Part shown: positions 1 through 10,850 of the stretch, one piece after another
Layout of the letters: each line of letters begins with the position of its first letter
Numbering within the stretch: position 1 is the first letter of the stretch
DNA from: Jimgerdemannia flammicorona
Taxonomy: Eukaryota
Length of the DNA: 32,172 nucleotides
Reading direction: 5' to 3'
NCBI GenBank assembly: GCA_003990765.1
Contig: RBNJ01000001.1
Coordinates: forward strand, 62,001-94,172
Made by a program: the position numbers and the translations under genes
Notes under the pieces: generated by a model
Told to the model about the DNA's origin: nothing
Database searches by the model: none
What the model saw: only the letters and a program-made list of their open reading frames with translations

Positions 1-1
1 G

Positions 2-127
2 GACAGCAAGCCATTAGTAATCACCCCCCCTACCACTGAAGAGGATGGCAACAACACTGAGAAAGACTCTCTACCTTTCTCTCCCCTGGTTCTCAATTTC
101 CGAATCAATGAGGATATTGATTTCTAA
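2..127 (+). CDS. C-terminal tail of the 3' accessory ORF of a family-B Ty3/Gypsy copy (B2); the rest lies upstream of the window
   Basis: Open frame DSKPLVITPPTTEEDGNNTEKDSLPFSPLVLNFRINEDIDF* ends at the PPT. It matches the minus-strand tail at 3266-3350 (ENSLPSSPLVLNF*INENIEF*). Confidence 0.6.
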   Translation, partial: DSKPLVITPPTTEEDGNNTEKDSLPFSPLVLNFRINEDIDF

Positions 128-138
128 GAGAAGTAGGA
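126..138 (+). other. Polypurine tract of element B2
   Basis: AAGAGAAGTAGGA lies immediately before the TGTAAT LTR start. Confidence 0.7.
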
Positions 139-904
139 TGTAATAGAATGAGGTATGATGAGCGATCATATGATCCAGCAATGATATAATCATATGATTG
201 AGTGTAACATATGAATGATAAATGTAATGAAGAATGTGAATGATGCAAAAAATGATATCCAGCTTATCTCTGACAATCAGTGCTACAGCAACTATTATCA
301 CAGTAGCTGATCATTGCTTAGTAATTGAGGTCCTGATCACAAAGTTGTTTTTGCCAAAAACTATCTGACAAAGATTGTGATCACAAACCTCATTATAGTT
401 ACCAAATTAGTCACTCATACTTAGTCAGAAATCATGGACCAACTTGTATAAATACCCCCCAGTTTTCATCTGAAATAAAGCAGTTTTAGTTCAATCTTTG
501 ATATATATAAGATTCAAGTCTCCCCCCCACACACATATTCTCCTGAGTCTTAGTAATGACATCTAAGTGACTCTAGTATTTCTGACTAAACTCCAGAAGC
601 CTAGCTAACTTCTGCTAGAACTGAGACCAGTATATAAATCTCCAAAAGACTTAAGTAAACCCATTAAACCTAAATTCCAAGGCAAATTCAGTCTGGACAC
701 AGCAAAGAATAAGACCCTTGCAAGATAGGGCAAAGAGAAAGACCTTTGAAAGATAAGACACTGCCACTACAATTACTTTTAAAGTGAGTACTTTCTCAAA
801 CTGAAGGCTTCTTGATATATATTGTATACTGAGTCTCTAAGTAATACTCTTACTTCCCTAATTATTCAAAGGATAAGAGAGAGGTAGAAGTGAGAGTTAT
901 TATA
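139..904 (+). repeat. 3' LTR of family-B chromovirus copy B2 (~766 bp)
   Basis: Starts TGTAATAGAA and ends GTTATTATA (decayed ...TACA). It is the reverse-complement homologue of 2491-3261 and 19988-20761. TATAAATA at ~447 and AATAAA at ~474. No PBS follows it. Confidence 0.85.
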
Positions 905-1310
905 GTCTTTCTCTTCATCTCTGGCTATTTGGACTTTTATTTTCTACTAAATAGCTATATCTCCTCATAGTAGTACTTTTGTATAAGTAACTGACTCCTC
1001 ATTTAATATATTCATTATTACTAAGTACTGATTCAGATTGAAGAGCCAGGTTTCAATATCACCACTTCTTCTATTATGGAGTTCAGGTGGTAGTAACGTG
1101 AGGTAAGTCTTCTTATTTTCAGTAGAGGAGTCTGCTATTGGTTCTTTGCCTTTAGAATCCAATACTGCCTCCATTGCTTATATCTTTGCTTATATCTCTT
1201 GATAGATCTGCATTAGCTATACTATTTGTTTTTGAAGCTATTGTACAACTTCTGCAGAAGCCATAGTATTGAAAAGAGTTTGTACTAGTAAGGGGGTGAG
1301 ATTTAACTTT
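905..1310 (-). pseudogene. gag: Decayed N-terminal gag of Ty3/Gypsy element C, interrupted by B2
   Basis: PPELHNRRSGDIETWLFNLNQYL resembles the gag P-x-x-F-x-G...WL motif and lies downstream of a decayed PBS. Confidence 0.6.
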
Positions 1311-1311
1311 T

Positions 1312-1323
1312 CCACTACTACTA
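1312..1323 (-). other. Decayed primer-binding site of element C
   Basis: Minus strand TAGTAGTAGTGG, 2 nt after the LTR end. Consistent with a G>A/C>T-decayed TGGTAGCAG.. (initiator-Met type) and similar to B's PBS. Confidence 0.5.
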
Positions 1324-1325
1324 AT

Positions 1326-1730
1326 TATAATAAACATATATATTATAGAGAATAATTATACTTATTGAAGTATAAGAGTGCTTTAATATAGTTAAATTAG
1401 ATGAAATCTGAGACTTTAGACTATATATTAGCAAATGTCTAAATAGAAATATATAACTAGATTTTAAGAAATAGAACTTGAGAAGTTTAATTGTCTTCAA
1501 GAGATTCAAGAAAATGTGTGATAACTAACTAAACTGAGTTTTATTGAGATATTTTGAAGGAGTATTTATATAAGAGAAATAGAAAGAAAAAGAAATAGAT
1601 AAAGCATTACTAAGCTAAATACTAAGTAATAAGTTATACTTGGAACTATTTAAAAAACAAATTCTTAGTAAATAACTAAGTAATTCTATACTATTTTAAA
1701 CTATTCTAAAATGCTCTACCGAATAATATG
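1326..1730 (-). repeat. Highly decayed 5' LTR of element C (upper boundary uncertain)
   Basis: Minus strand has TATAAATACTCC followed by AATAAAACTCAG (~1530-1575), the same core module as the other LTRs. It ends TTATA before the PBS. Confidence 0.5.
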
Positions 1731-1992
1731 ATAAAAAAAAAAAAAAAAAAAAATTCAGCAAAAAGAAAATAGAATATATATAGAGAATTATTATATATAA
1801 AATCAAATAAGTAAGTTTAGATAAATATAATAGTTTATTATGTGATAATAAGTTACTAAAAATTATTAATAAAATAGCTAATAGAAATTATAATGAAATT
1901 TTTAAAGTAAATTTCAATATAGTAATTATATACTATATATTATATATATAACTATATATAGATATATTCAGTATACTATATTTAGCTATAAC

Positions 1993-2490
1993 TTTTTTTT
2001 TTTTTTTATAGTCTCTTAGACTCTTTTATTACTAAAATATATCACCTATTTAGTCTATCAAGATATAATTACAATATCTCAATCTACTATCTGATCTCTC
2101 AAGAGAGGCCTTCCCCACACATCTTCATGATTGAATGTCACCTTACCATTCCTTACTATAACTCTCCCTCTACTCTACCTACATATCTTCTCTATTAAGT
2201 GGTACTGATGACCTCCTTGCAAACTTCATCTCAGCCACCAACCCATCAAGACATCCCTCATCAACTCTTCTCATCTTGTTAATTACTCTCTCAAACTCAA
2301 CTACTATCTCTCCTCAAAAACAAACTACCAGTATCTAGCCAATCCCATCTATACAACTAAAACCCACTTAATAATAAGTCACTTATTTCTAATCCCACCT
2401 ACCAATCTATCTCTCAAATCCTCCCATTGATCCCTCTTATCATCTCTCCTCCTCACAATACCAAATCTATCTCTAATTACTAACTAAAAG
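1993..2490 (-). mobile_element. 3' end of an L1/Tx1-like LINE (ORF2 C-terminus, polyA signal, polyA tail)
   Basis: T15 run at 1993-2007. Minus strand reads AATAAA...GACTAT(A)n. The decayed coding frame joins 20762+ across the AAAAG TSD. Confidence 0.8.
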
Positions 2491-3261
2491 TGTAATAACT
2501 CTTATTTCTACCACTTTATTATCCTTTGAATAATTAGAGAAATAAGGTATTACTTAGAGACTTAGTACACAAGTGTATCAAGAAGCCTTCAGTGTGAGGA
2601 AGTACTCACTTGAAAATAGTTATAGCAGCAGTATCCTTCTTATTAATTATGATTATAAGGAACTTATTTCTTACTGTATACTAATTAAATTCATCTTGAA
2701 ATTCAGATTCAATAGGTGGGTTTACTTAAATCTTTGTGATTTATATACTAATCTCAGTTCTGGCAGAGTTAGCTAGACTTCTGAAGTTTAGTCAGAAATA
2801 CTAGAGTTACTTAGATGTCATTACTAAGACTCAGGAGAATATGTATGTATAGAGAGAAACTTGATTTTCATATCAAGGACTGAACTAAAACTGTCTTTAT
2901 TTTAAATAGAAACTAGGGGATATTTATATAAGTTGGTTCATGATTTCTGACTAAGTATAAGTGACTAATTTGATAATTATGATGAGGTTTATAATTGTAA
3001 CCTTTGTTAGATAGTTTGTGATCAGGAATACTTTATAATCAGAATCTCTATTGTTAGGCAATGATCAGTTGCTGTGACACTGATTACTGTGGTACTAATT
3101 ACTGGGAATAAGTTGAATATTATTTATTTATATCATTCATATCATTTATTATGTTCATTATTCATATGTTATATATTATACTTAATCATAATATCATTAC
3201 TAAGTCATGTAATTGCTCATTATATGTTGCATCTTGTCTGTTTGTTCATTCATTCTATTAT
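2491..3261 (-). repeat. 3' LTR of element B
   Basis: Direct repeat of 19988-20761. The + strand begins TGTAATAACT. A small deletion affects the PPT-side terminus. Confidence 0.85.
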
Positions 3262-3265
3262 CTCC

Positions 3266-4093
3266 TTAAAACTCAATATTCTCATTAATTCAAAAATTGA
3301 GAACTAGGGGAGAAGAGGGTAGAGAATTCTCCTCCTCATCTAATTCAGTATTATTGCCACTCTACCAGAGGTTGGGAGGTGGTTGCTAATAGCTCAATAT
3401 CAAGAATAGAGAAGTCAATGAAGTCTACAAATAGTTCTTGAATTGGTATAGATAGTGGAGTAGGAGTTCTCTATCTAATATGGTTGGGGTCATCTAGGTA
3501 TAGTTCTTACTTGTTATGTCTAGAGATATCTATTCAGATAGATAGTCCTTCAAAGAGGTCAGAGAGACCCTAGAGCCATTGATCTGGATTATCATTCAGA
3601 ATAGAGCTCTAATGGGGTTTGCAGTCAGTGAACTTGAGAATAATTCAGGAGTTGGCTTCTTGAGTGATCTTGATCTCCAGTTCATCAATCTCAAAGTCTA
3701 GAAGTCCTTTAGTTGTATATAATTGAGATTGGAGATTACAAAAGGTATATGGTGTATAATTTGATAGATCTTCTTGGTTAGTCTTTGCTTATTTCTATCT
3801 AGGTTAGTTCAGTCTGAGATCTGGTCAGTGGGTAGGCCTTTTACATACTGAAGAAGTTGGTGATCAATTTCATATTTATGCCAGATTTCTAGATAGCTGA
3901 TAGCAAGATAGACCCTTTCTATGACTTCACGATGATTAAGAACATACTGTCCTAGGTCCTGGCTGGTGAGGTTAAGGACCTCAGAGTGATAGTTCCTTTC
4001 TTAGATAGCAACTTAGATATATCCAAAGAGACAGTCAACTTGGCTTGAGAGGGGCTGGCTATAGCAAACTGTTTAGCAATAGGTAGTAGATAT
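3266..4093 (-). pseudogene. Decayed ~275-codon accessory ORF between pol and PPT, homologous to the LTR ORF of element A
   Basis: Manual translation SQDLGQYVLNHREVIERVYLAISYLEIWHKYEID...KKIYQIIHHIPF/ISNLNYIQLKDF/IDELEIKITQEANS/ILNDNPDQWL*GLSDLFEGLSI aligns co-linearly with 9432-10247. The start appears mutated ATG>ATA. Stops and frameshifts are present. Confidence 0.8.
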
Positions 4094-4160
4094 TCTTATC
4101 TTATCTTTTCTTTGGAGAAAGGAGAGAGAGATGGAGGTTGTAGTGTATTTCTGTCCTGAG

Positions 4161-4168
4161 TATTTATA
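4161..4168 (-). promoter_or_regulatory. Putative internal TATA box for B's accessory ORF
   Basis: Minus-strand TATAAATA(CTC) about 70 nt upstream of the inferred start. Confidence 0.45.
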
Positions 4169-4782
4169 CTTATTCATCTGACTGGTTTAACTTCACTTTG
4201 ATCATATTCTTTGTAGAATATATAATTTATTACTATGTAGGGTATGTGCTAGTTATATGAGAAAATATAGATTTTGAAGATATCATCATATTGTAGTTAT
4301 AGTTATACAGAGGTGACAGATCTTAGTCTTCTTTTTTTTATCTTATTGGTATATTTATAAGGACTGGCCATTCTTGTTCAGGACAAGAGCTTCCATTATT
4401 ACAGCTGGAAATTCAAACTCTCAGAAATAGTATTTCTTATAATCTGAGGCAATTTCTAGTAACAATATCTGTCATATAGATGGACTTGAGATTGGTTTCA
4501 ACATTGTTAGCTTTCTTGAGTTCTATATGAAGTATTTGTTATTCTTCAATAGAGATGATATAGATAACATAAATAGGGTTATTCAAATATATTTTACTAA
4601 ACCTTACTAGGTTGTTTTTCACCTAATTATTCTCTTATTGGTTAATTATAATATTCCTTTTTCCTATAATGTTCAATATTGTATATCCTGGATAAATATA
4701 TAGTATCTTCTTTATTTACTATATATTCTAGATTTTAGAGCTATAGTTTCTTCCTTTACTATAGGGTGAGTGTTTTTATATA

Positions 4783-7700
4783 TATAGTTCTAAAGGTCTT
4801 TATGTGCATTCTCCAGTGCTTCTTCTTTTTCCCAGATAGCATCATGGATGGGATAACTCTTCTACTTGATGAGGAAAAAGCACTTGACTGTTTTAGCATA
4901 TTTGTAGATCTTGTGGTCAAGTACTTCCTCAATTTTGAATTTCTCATGATTATTAATTCTAATTGAAAGTAGTAGTGGAACTATATACTTAGAGAATAGA
5001 TTCACATAGTAGTCTACCAGTTGGCTGATATAGAACACTGAGTATACTCAAACATTTTGGAGAAGTTGTAACTTGTAGTTGACTTTACTGTTTTTCTACA
5101 ATCATATATAGTCCAATTCTTCTAATATAGAGTTTCTTAAATAGTTGCTACACTAGAGTGTCTGGATAGAGATAGTCTGTTCTAAGCATGATTATGTCAC
5201 TGATATTATAGGAGACTTCTCTTTACTTCAAGTTTGCATACTGGGCCTGGTAGTCCTATACTTCTATAAGAGTATATCTTATTATTCACATAAGGTCAGA
5301 AATAGTCTTAGCCAGATCTTGGGCTACTGAGACTGCTGATTTTGCAGTTATACTCAGGGTCCTTGGATGTTGACCATAGTTCAGAAAGAATGGGGTCTTC
5401 TTTGTAGAGATTTGCTGACTATTGTTGTAGGCAAACTTAGTATAGGCTAGGTACTTATTCTAATCATTTTGCTTGTAACAGCAGAAGATACTAAGCATCT
5501 GCTTGAGAGTTCTATTGGTTTGCTCAGTCTGACCATCAGTCAGAGAGTAGTAGGCAGTAGAAAACTTCAGCTTGATTCTATGAAGAGAGAAAAATATCTT
5601 CCAGAAGTTGCTGATGAACTTCATATCTCAGTTAGATATAATGGTGCTAGGTATGTTATATAGTCTGAATACTTAGTTGAGAAAGATTTTGGCAATCTCT
5701 GGTACTATAGTAGTAGTCTTAGTGGGTGCAAAATGGGCTTATTTGCTTAGATGGTCCACAAATACTATATTGGTATCTTCTCCTGCCTTGGTCTTGGGGA
5801 GCTGAACAATGAAGTCTATAGTAATCTGATCCCAGTTGTAGCTATGAATGGGTAGAGACTGTAGAAGTCCTACTGGTAGCTTGTTACTACTTTTGAATCT
5901 TTGACATATCTTATATAAGACTATAAAATCTTTGATATTCTTAGTCATCTTTGGCTAGTAGAACTCTCTTAAGAGGAGATTGTAGGTCTTCTCAAAGCCA
6001 AAGTGTCTTGCTACAGGAGTGTCATAGAGTTTCTGCATGATCTTGAGCTACAGAGTATTATTATTAAGTACAATTACTCTGTCATAGTCTCTATAGATAA
6101 GCCTATTATGGTAGATAAATCTTTTGAACATTTGCCTCATGGGTTCTGAGATCTTGGCCTCTAGATCTTAGTAAAATTGAAGGAAATTTACCAGGAGGCT
6201 GTCTTGTTGGTAGTCATTCTTAATCAGCTGAGTAAAGTCTCTAATTATCTTGATCATGAAGACAAGTTTATCTTCCATATATCTGGAGAAATTATCAGCC
6301 ATACAGTTGGTCTTACTTGAGATATACTTGATTTTTATATCAAAGTTAGCAATGATTTTCATCCAATAGGCTTGTCTATGGGTCAGTATGGGCTATATGT
6401 GAATGTACTGTAAAGTATAGTGATTAGTATAGGTCATAAATAGTTATCCTAGGAGGAAATGATACCATTTCTGAAATGTAGTGATAATGGTCAGGAGTTC
6501 CTTCTCATGGATAGTATACTGGATCTCAGCTAGCTTAAGCTTTTAAGAGAGATAGGCTACTGGGTGATCTTCTTAGCTGAGTACTACTCTAAAACAATAT
6601 CAGAAGCATCTGTAGTCAGAGTGAATGGCCTAGTAGAGTTAGGTACAATTAGCACTGGAGCCTTAGTAAGGAGTCTCTTGAGATGGTTCATGTCTGAGTA
6701 CACTCAGAGGTCTATTCAGTCTTGATATTTACTCCTTTGTAGATCAGGTTGGTCAGTGGGGCTGCAATAGCAGAGTATTCTTAGATAAACCTTCAGTAGT
6801 AATCTGTAATATCTAGGAAGCACTAGAGTAGCTTGAGAGTAGTGGAGATAGAAATATCCTTGAGGGCTAATATCTTTTGGAAATCCACATTGATGCCTTT
6901 AGTAGAGATTATATATCCTAGGTACTCAATCTGGTCTTGATAGAACTTGCACTTACTCATCTTAGTATAGAGCTAGTATTCTTGCAGAAGGGTCAGTACC
7001 TGTCTGAGATGGGTATAGTGTAGCTCCACTGTTTTACTGTAAATTAGTATATCATCAATGTACACAAGGATACAAATATTGAGTAGTAGTCCAAAGATAT
7101 CATTCATCAGATACTGGAATATTGCTAGTATATTAGTCAAATTAAAAGACATAACTTGAAACTAGTAGTATCCAAACTATATTCAGAAAGCTGTCTTCTT
7201 AATGTCCTTCTCATTAATGAGAATCTGGTGATAACCATTTCACAAGTCTAGTAGGGAAAAGGTCTTGGCCTTGAAGATTTGGTGCAATAACTTATCAATC
7301 CTAGGTAAGGCATACTGGTGATCTTGTTAAGAGCTCTGTAGTTAATGTATATTCATAAAGAGCTATTCTTTTTCTTGATAAATAGAATGGGGGCTCCAAA
7401 TGGAGAATGACTGAATTCAATATATCCTTGGGCCAATAGTTTGGTCAATTCATCCTTGAGAATCTTGAGTTTAGATTGGGCTAGCTGATAGATACTCTTA
7501 TATAGAGATTCAGATTCTGAAATGAGATCAATTCTATGTTGAATTTGGCACTTAGGTAGAAGTTCTTTGGGTTTCTGGAATATATCTTGGAATTCTCCAA
7601 ACAATTCTTGAGCTTCTGGTGGGATTGGGCTACTCAAGACTTCAGTGACTTCTTGTATAGTAAAAATGAAGTATATGTTTCCTTCCTTATAGAAGAGTCT

Positions 7701-8900
7701 CTTCATTTGAATAGCAGAGATGATTTCGATTCCTTGATGATTAGTGTCTTCTTGAGGTAACAGGGTGATCTTTCTGCCTTTATGGGTCAAGTTAACCTCA
7801 TTAGTCCTCTAGTTGATATCTGGGTTGTACTGGGTCAATCAGGCCTTTCCTAGGATAATGTCTTGTTCTGGAAGGTCTATGATGCTGAAGTCTAACTTCT
7901 CTTGATATTTACCAATCTTGAGTAATAAATTTTTGCAGATCTTGGTCAATAGTGCAGTCTTACCATTACTAAAGATAACACTCTTTTTCTCAATAGCTGG
8001 TCTGCTTCAGGCTCTAATTCTCTTGGCAGTCTTGGTGCTAATATAGTTTTTAGTAGTACTACTATCCAATAGAACATTGATATTCTGTCTATAAACTTGG
8101 TCTGTGAACTTGATATAACTGTTCTCTTTCTTGATAGTATTGAGCTCTTCATTCTTATTGTCCCAATTGCTATCAGTCTCCTCAAAGTCAGTTTCTTCCC
8201 ATCCTTTATAAAGAGGGTGGTCTTGTTTGAGTTCCTTAGTCTATTGGGCTTGACATTTCTTAGATTGGATTTTAAAAACTTTGGAGAGGCATGTATGGTA
8301 TTCACTAATATATTCCATGCAGTATATTCAGATAGAATGAGGACATTATCCATATGGTATATAACTATCTACAATTCTCTTATATTAGTTTCATCATCTT
8401 TCTTTATAATGGTAACTTTTTGACTAGGGGGTTTGTTAGTTAATCTAAACTCTTTCTTGCTACAGTCTATCTGAGAGAGCTCAAGGACTTCTTCAATAGT
8501 GAGATCTTGATAGATTACTTTAATGATTGTTTGTTCAATTCTTTGACCTACTTTGACTTCAAATGAGGTGTCTTCAAAATTTCACAAAATGACATGGATT
8601 TTACCAGTAAATTCTTAGTTAACTACTCCTTTTTCTAGTCCAATGTTGAATTCTTTGACCAGGCTGCTTTGCTCAGCAAGATAGATATATATATATATAT
8701 TCCTTTGGAGGCTTGCATTATAATTCTAGTATGTACTGTAGTATTTATACTTAGTGGAATGGTGGGCTATTGTAAAAGTTATATCCAGTATCAGTGGGAT
8801 AAGCCTTAGTGGAGATGGGGGCCTTGTACCATATCTTCTATACTTTGATGATATTCTCAGAATTCTTCTTTCCTGGGCCTTCTCCAATAACAGTGATGTT
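4783..8900 (-). pseudogene. pol: pol of element B: protease, RT, RNase H, integrase, chromodomain
   Basis: VLLDSSTTKNYI (~8040-8075), SPFGAPILFIKKK, ILVYIDDILIYS (~7035-7070), TTDASD, WDQITIDFIVQLPKT, TDGQTEQTN. Chromodomain FKIEEVLDHK...FLIK*KSYPIHDAIWEKEEALENA (~4800-4945). Many stops. Confidence 0.9.
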
Positions 8901-9185
8901 CTGATTGTTAGATTCATCTGATCTTTTTCTCTTCTCAAAGTATCTAACTGAGATATATCCTGCCTTCTTGCAAATAAAGTACAATCCTTTTTCACAAAGC
9001 TGCTTCTTTTTGTTCTCATTGAGGGATCTTAGTTCTTAGGGATTTTGCTGGTTCCTTTGGTCATTCCTTTGATCATTTCTTTAATTATTTCTTCTAATGA
9101 GATTCCTCTTATCTTGGTTATCCTTCTCATGTTCTGAATTTTATGAGGTCTATACAGTAAGGATTTTACAGACTCTTCTTTATAC
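8900..9185 (-). pseudogene. gag: C-terminal part of B gag (decayed zinc knuckle), cut by element A
   Basis: Minus-strand LYFICKKAGYIS is a decayed CCHC knuckle. The sequence joins 18384+ across the ATAT TSD. Confidence 0.7.
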
Positions 9186-9307
9186 ATATTGTAATGATGA
9201 CCCCAGAATGATGACATCAGCACAGGAGATAGCCTTTCCTTGCAAACTACCAGATCAGAGCATAAGAAGATCATATGGTATATAAGATGAGCAATGATGA
9301 CCAACTG

Positions 9308-9351
9308 TGAGTCATTGTGACCACAGTACAAGCATCCTGAAGAATATAAAA
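9308..9351 (+). promoter_or_regulatory. Putative promoter of the LTR ORF: TGAGTCA (AP-1/Gcn4-type site) plus TATAAAA
   Basis: TGAGTCA at 9308-9314 and TATAAAA at 9345-9351, about 80 nt upstream of ATG 9432. Both are kept in the 3' LTR (16860-16866 and 16897-16903). Confidence 0.5.
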
Positions 9352-9431
9352 GAAGGATCAAGGAACTGCAGTAGCAGTAACCAACAAGAACCACCAATCC
9401 CAAAATAGCTCAAAGACTTACTACAAACAAA

Positions 9432-10247
9432 ATGCCTACTGCCCACCAAACCTCAAGGTCAAGGAATCACCAAGGTATCTTAGTCAAGAAAAGGATGTTT
9501 CAAGACATCAGAAGAGCCATGGGGACCTGCTCAAGAAGGACTCCTAGTGTCCACCATACTGCAGACCCTTATCACTTCATTCTCTATCACCATGAAATGG
9601 AAACAAGGATCACTATTGCTACTGAATGCCTCCAAATGTGGCAGGAGTATGAAATAGGAAACCTCCTCTGCTGGGAGTTCCCACAGGCCAGCACCCAAGA
9701 GCTACAAGATGCCACTCCCATAGATATACATGAAATGAGGACAGCTAAGAAGATCCATCAGATCTTCAGGCATGTACCATGGTCAATCCCCAACTTGGAG
9801 TATGTCAGAGTCTCAGACTTCAGAGATCTATCATCCCACTATATCAATGCACTAGAAGCCAGGGTGGCTACAGAAGCCCAGTCCACTATCACCCTCAACA
9901 GCAAAGAAGTAGAAGACTTCTGGCATCCTATCCTTCAGGACAACCCAGACCAATTCCTGCAAGGATTGATCTCAGTATTCCAAGGCCCAAGCATCCAGGT
10001 TAGACCTCTCCAAGATCTCACATTTGTTCTCTATTTTGTAGAAGAGAACCTCATAGACTGGAGAGCTCCAGATCTTGTTTCCAATTTCCCCACCACAGCT
10101 GGACATGATGACATCATTGGTGATAATATCATCTCATGCAACATCGAAGTACATGAAACACATGACCTACATGACAAATTTGCGGATCTCATCTCCTTCA
10201 GTGATGATGATGATGAAGCCTCCATGATCCTGAACTTTCTACTCTAA
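9432..10247 (+). CDS. LTR (U3)-encoded uncharacterised protein, 271 aa, acidic C-terminus
   Basis: Longest ORF in the window. Open in both LTRs, with a homologue in element B. Confidence 0.85.
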   Translation: MPTAHQTSRSRNHQGILVKKRMFQDIRRAMGTCSRRTPSVHHTADPYHFILYHHEMETRITIATECLQMWQEYEIGNLLCWEFPQASTQELQDATPIDIHEMRTAKKIHQIFRHVPWSIPNLEYVRVSDFRDLSSHYINALEARVATEAQSTITLNSKEVEDFWHPILQDNPDQFLQGLISVFQGPSIQVRPLQDLTFVLYFVEENLIDWRAPDLVSNFPTTAGHDDIIGDNIISCNIEVHETHDLHDKFADLISFSDDDDEASMILNFLL

Positions 10248-10255
10248 AAGTTCTT

Positions 10256-10383
10256 TGTTATACTGGATAATGCCAGTACTGGTATTCTCATGTAACACTG
10301 GATTATGCCAGCACTGGTATTCTGAGGTAATGCGAAATTGTTCCAGCACTGATATTTTGATGTGACACTAAATAATGCCAGCA
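10256..10383 (+). repeat. 35-bp tandem repeat in 5' LTR of A (~3.7 units)
   Basis: Unit approximately TGTAACACTGGATAATGCCAGCACTGGTATTCTCA, with internal palindrome AATGCCAG-CA-CTGGTATT. Confidence 0.9.
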
Positions 10384-10488
10384 TCCTGAACCTGTACAAC
10401 CATCAGTGCTAGCCCTGGAACTTAGTAGTTTTAGTTATTGAAATTTATATTTAGCTTTATATCATAGCAACTATTGAATTATATTTTG

Positions 10489-10521
10489 TATAAATACTCC
10501 TCTTATTTCCTCTGAAATAAA
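10489..10521 (+). promoter_or_regulatory. LTR core promoter TATAAATA and polyA signal AATAAA
   Basis: TATAAATA at 10489-10496 and AATAAA at 10516-10521. Equivalent modules occur in the other LTR families. Confidence 0.65.
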
Positions 10522-10727
10522 GTCAGTCAAGTTCACTTATACACACTTCCTTGCAAGCCATTTAAGAGATAACAAGACAGTTAAAGATAAGAAGTTTGAG
10601 AACTATAAGACCTTAAGAAGGTACTCCAATAAGAGCTTGCTTATAACAAACTTGAGTTAGTCTAAGAGATATACCTTGAAGAGAATCTGGTATATTTGAA
10701 GGACTCAGTGACCACTATGTGACAACT

Positions 10728-10745
10728 TAGTGCCCATTGGCTGGT
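10728..10745 (+). other. Primer-binding site of A (tRNA not assigned)
   Basis: TAGTGCCCATTGGCTGGT 3 nt after the LTR end. Element E has TGGTATCCATTGGCTGGT at 29238. Confidence 0.75.
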
Positions 10746-10850
10746 GATTCAAGATGAATCCCTCACTTTCAAGCTGAAAAACAAACAACCTCCACAACAA
10801 CTACCCTGACTACAAGAGTTACCCCTGTAAGAATTCAAGACAAGATAGAA

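Larger units (their letters stand above)
9190..10724 (+). repeat. 5' LTR of element A (1535 bp)
   Basis: TGTAATGATG...TATGTGACA. Direct repeat of 16742-18379. Confidence 0.95.

Noticed and set aside
1733-1753. A21 run as a retroposed tail
   Set aside because: No TSD or recognisable upstream element could be found.
2491-4403. A long B LTR (TGTAATAA...TTATTACA) enclosing the accessory ORF
   Set aside because: The PPT plus TGTAAT at 126-144 and the AAAAG TSD at 20762 fix the family-B LTR at ~770 bp, so B's ORF is internal.
8097-8423. Hydrophobic short ORFs in the track (also 71-301, 3074-3307, 9029-9403, 12598-12927, 13436-13981) as membrane or env proteins
   Set aside because: They are antisense shadows of A-rich TE coding strands or AT-rich LTRs. 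Some cross insertion junctions.
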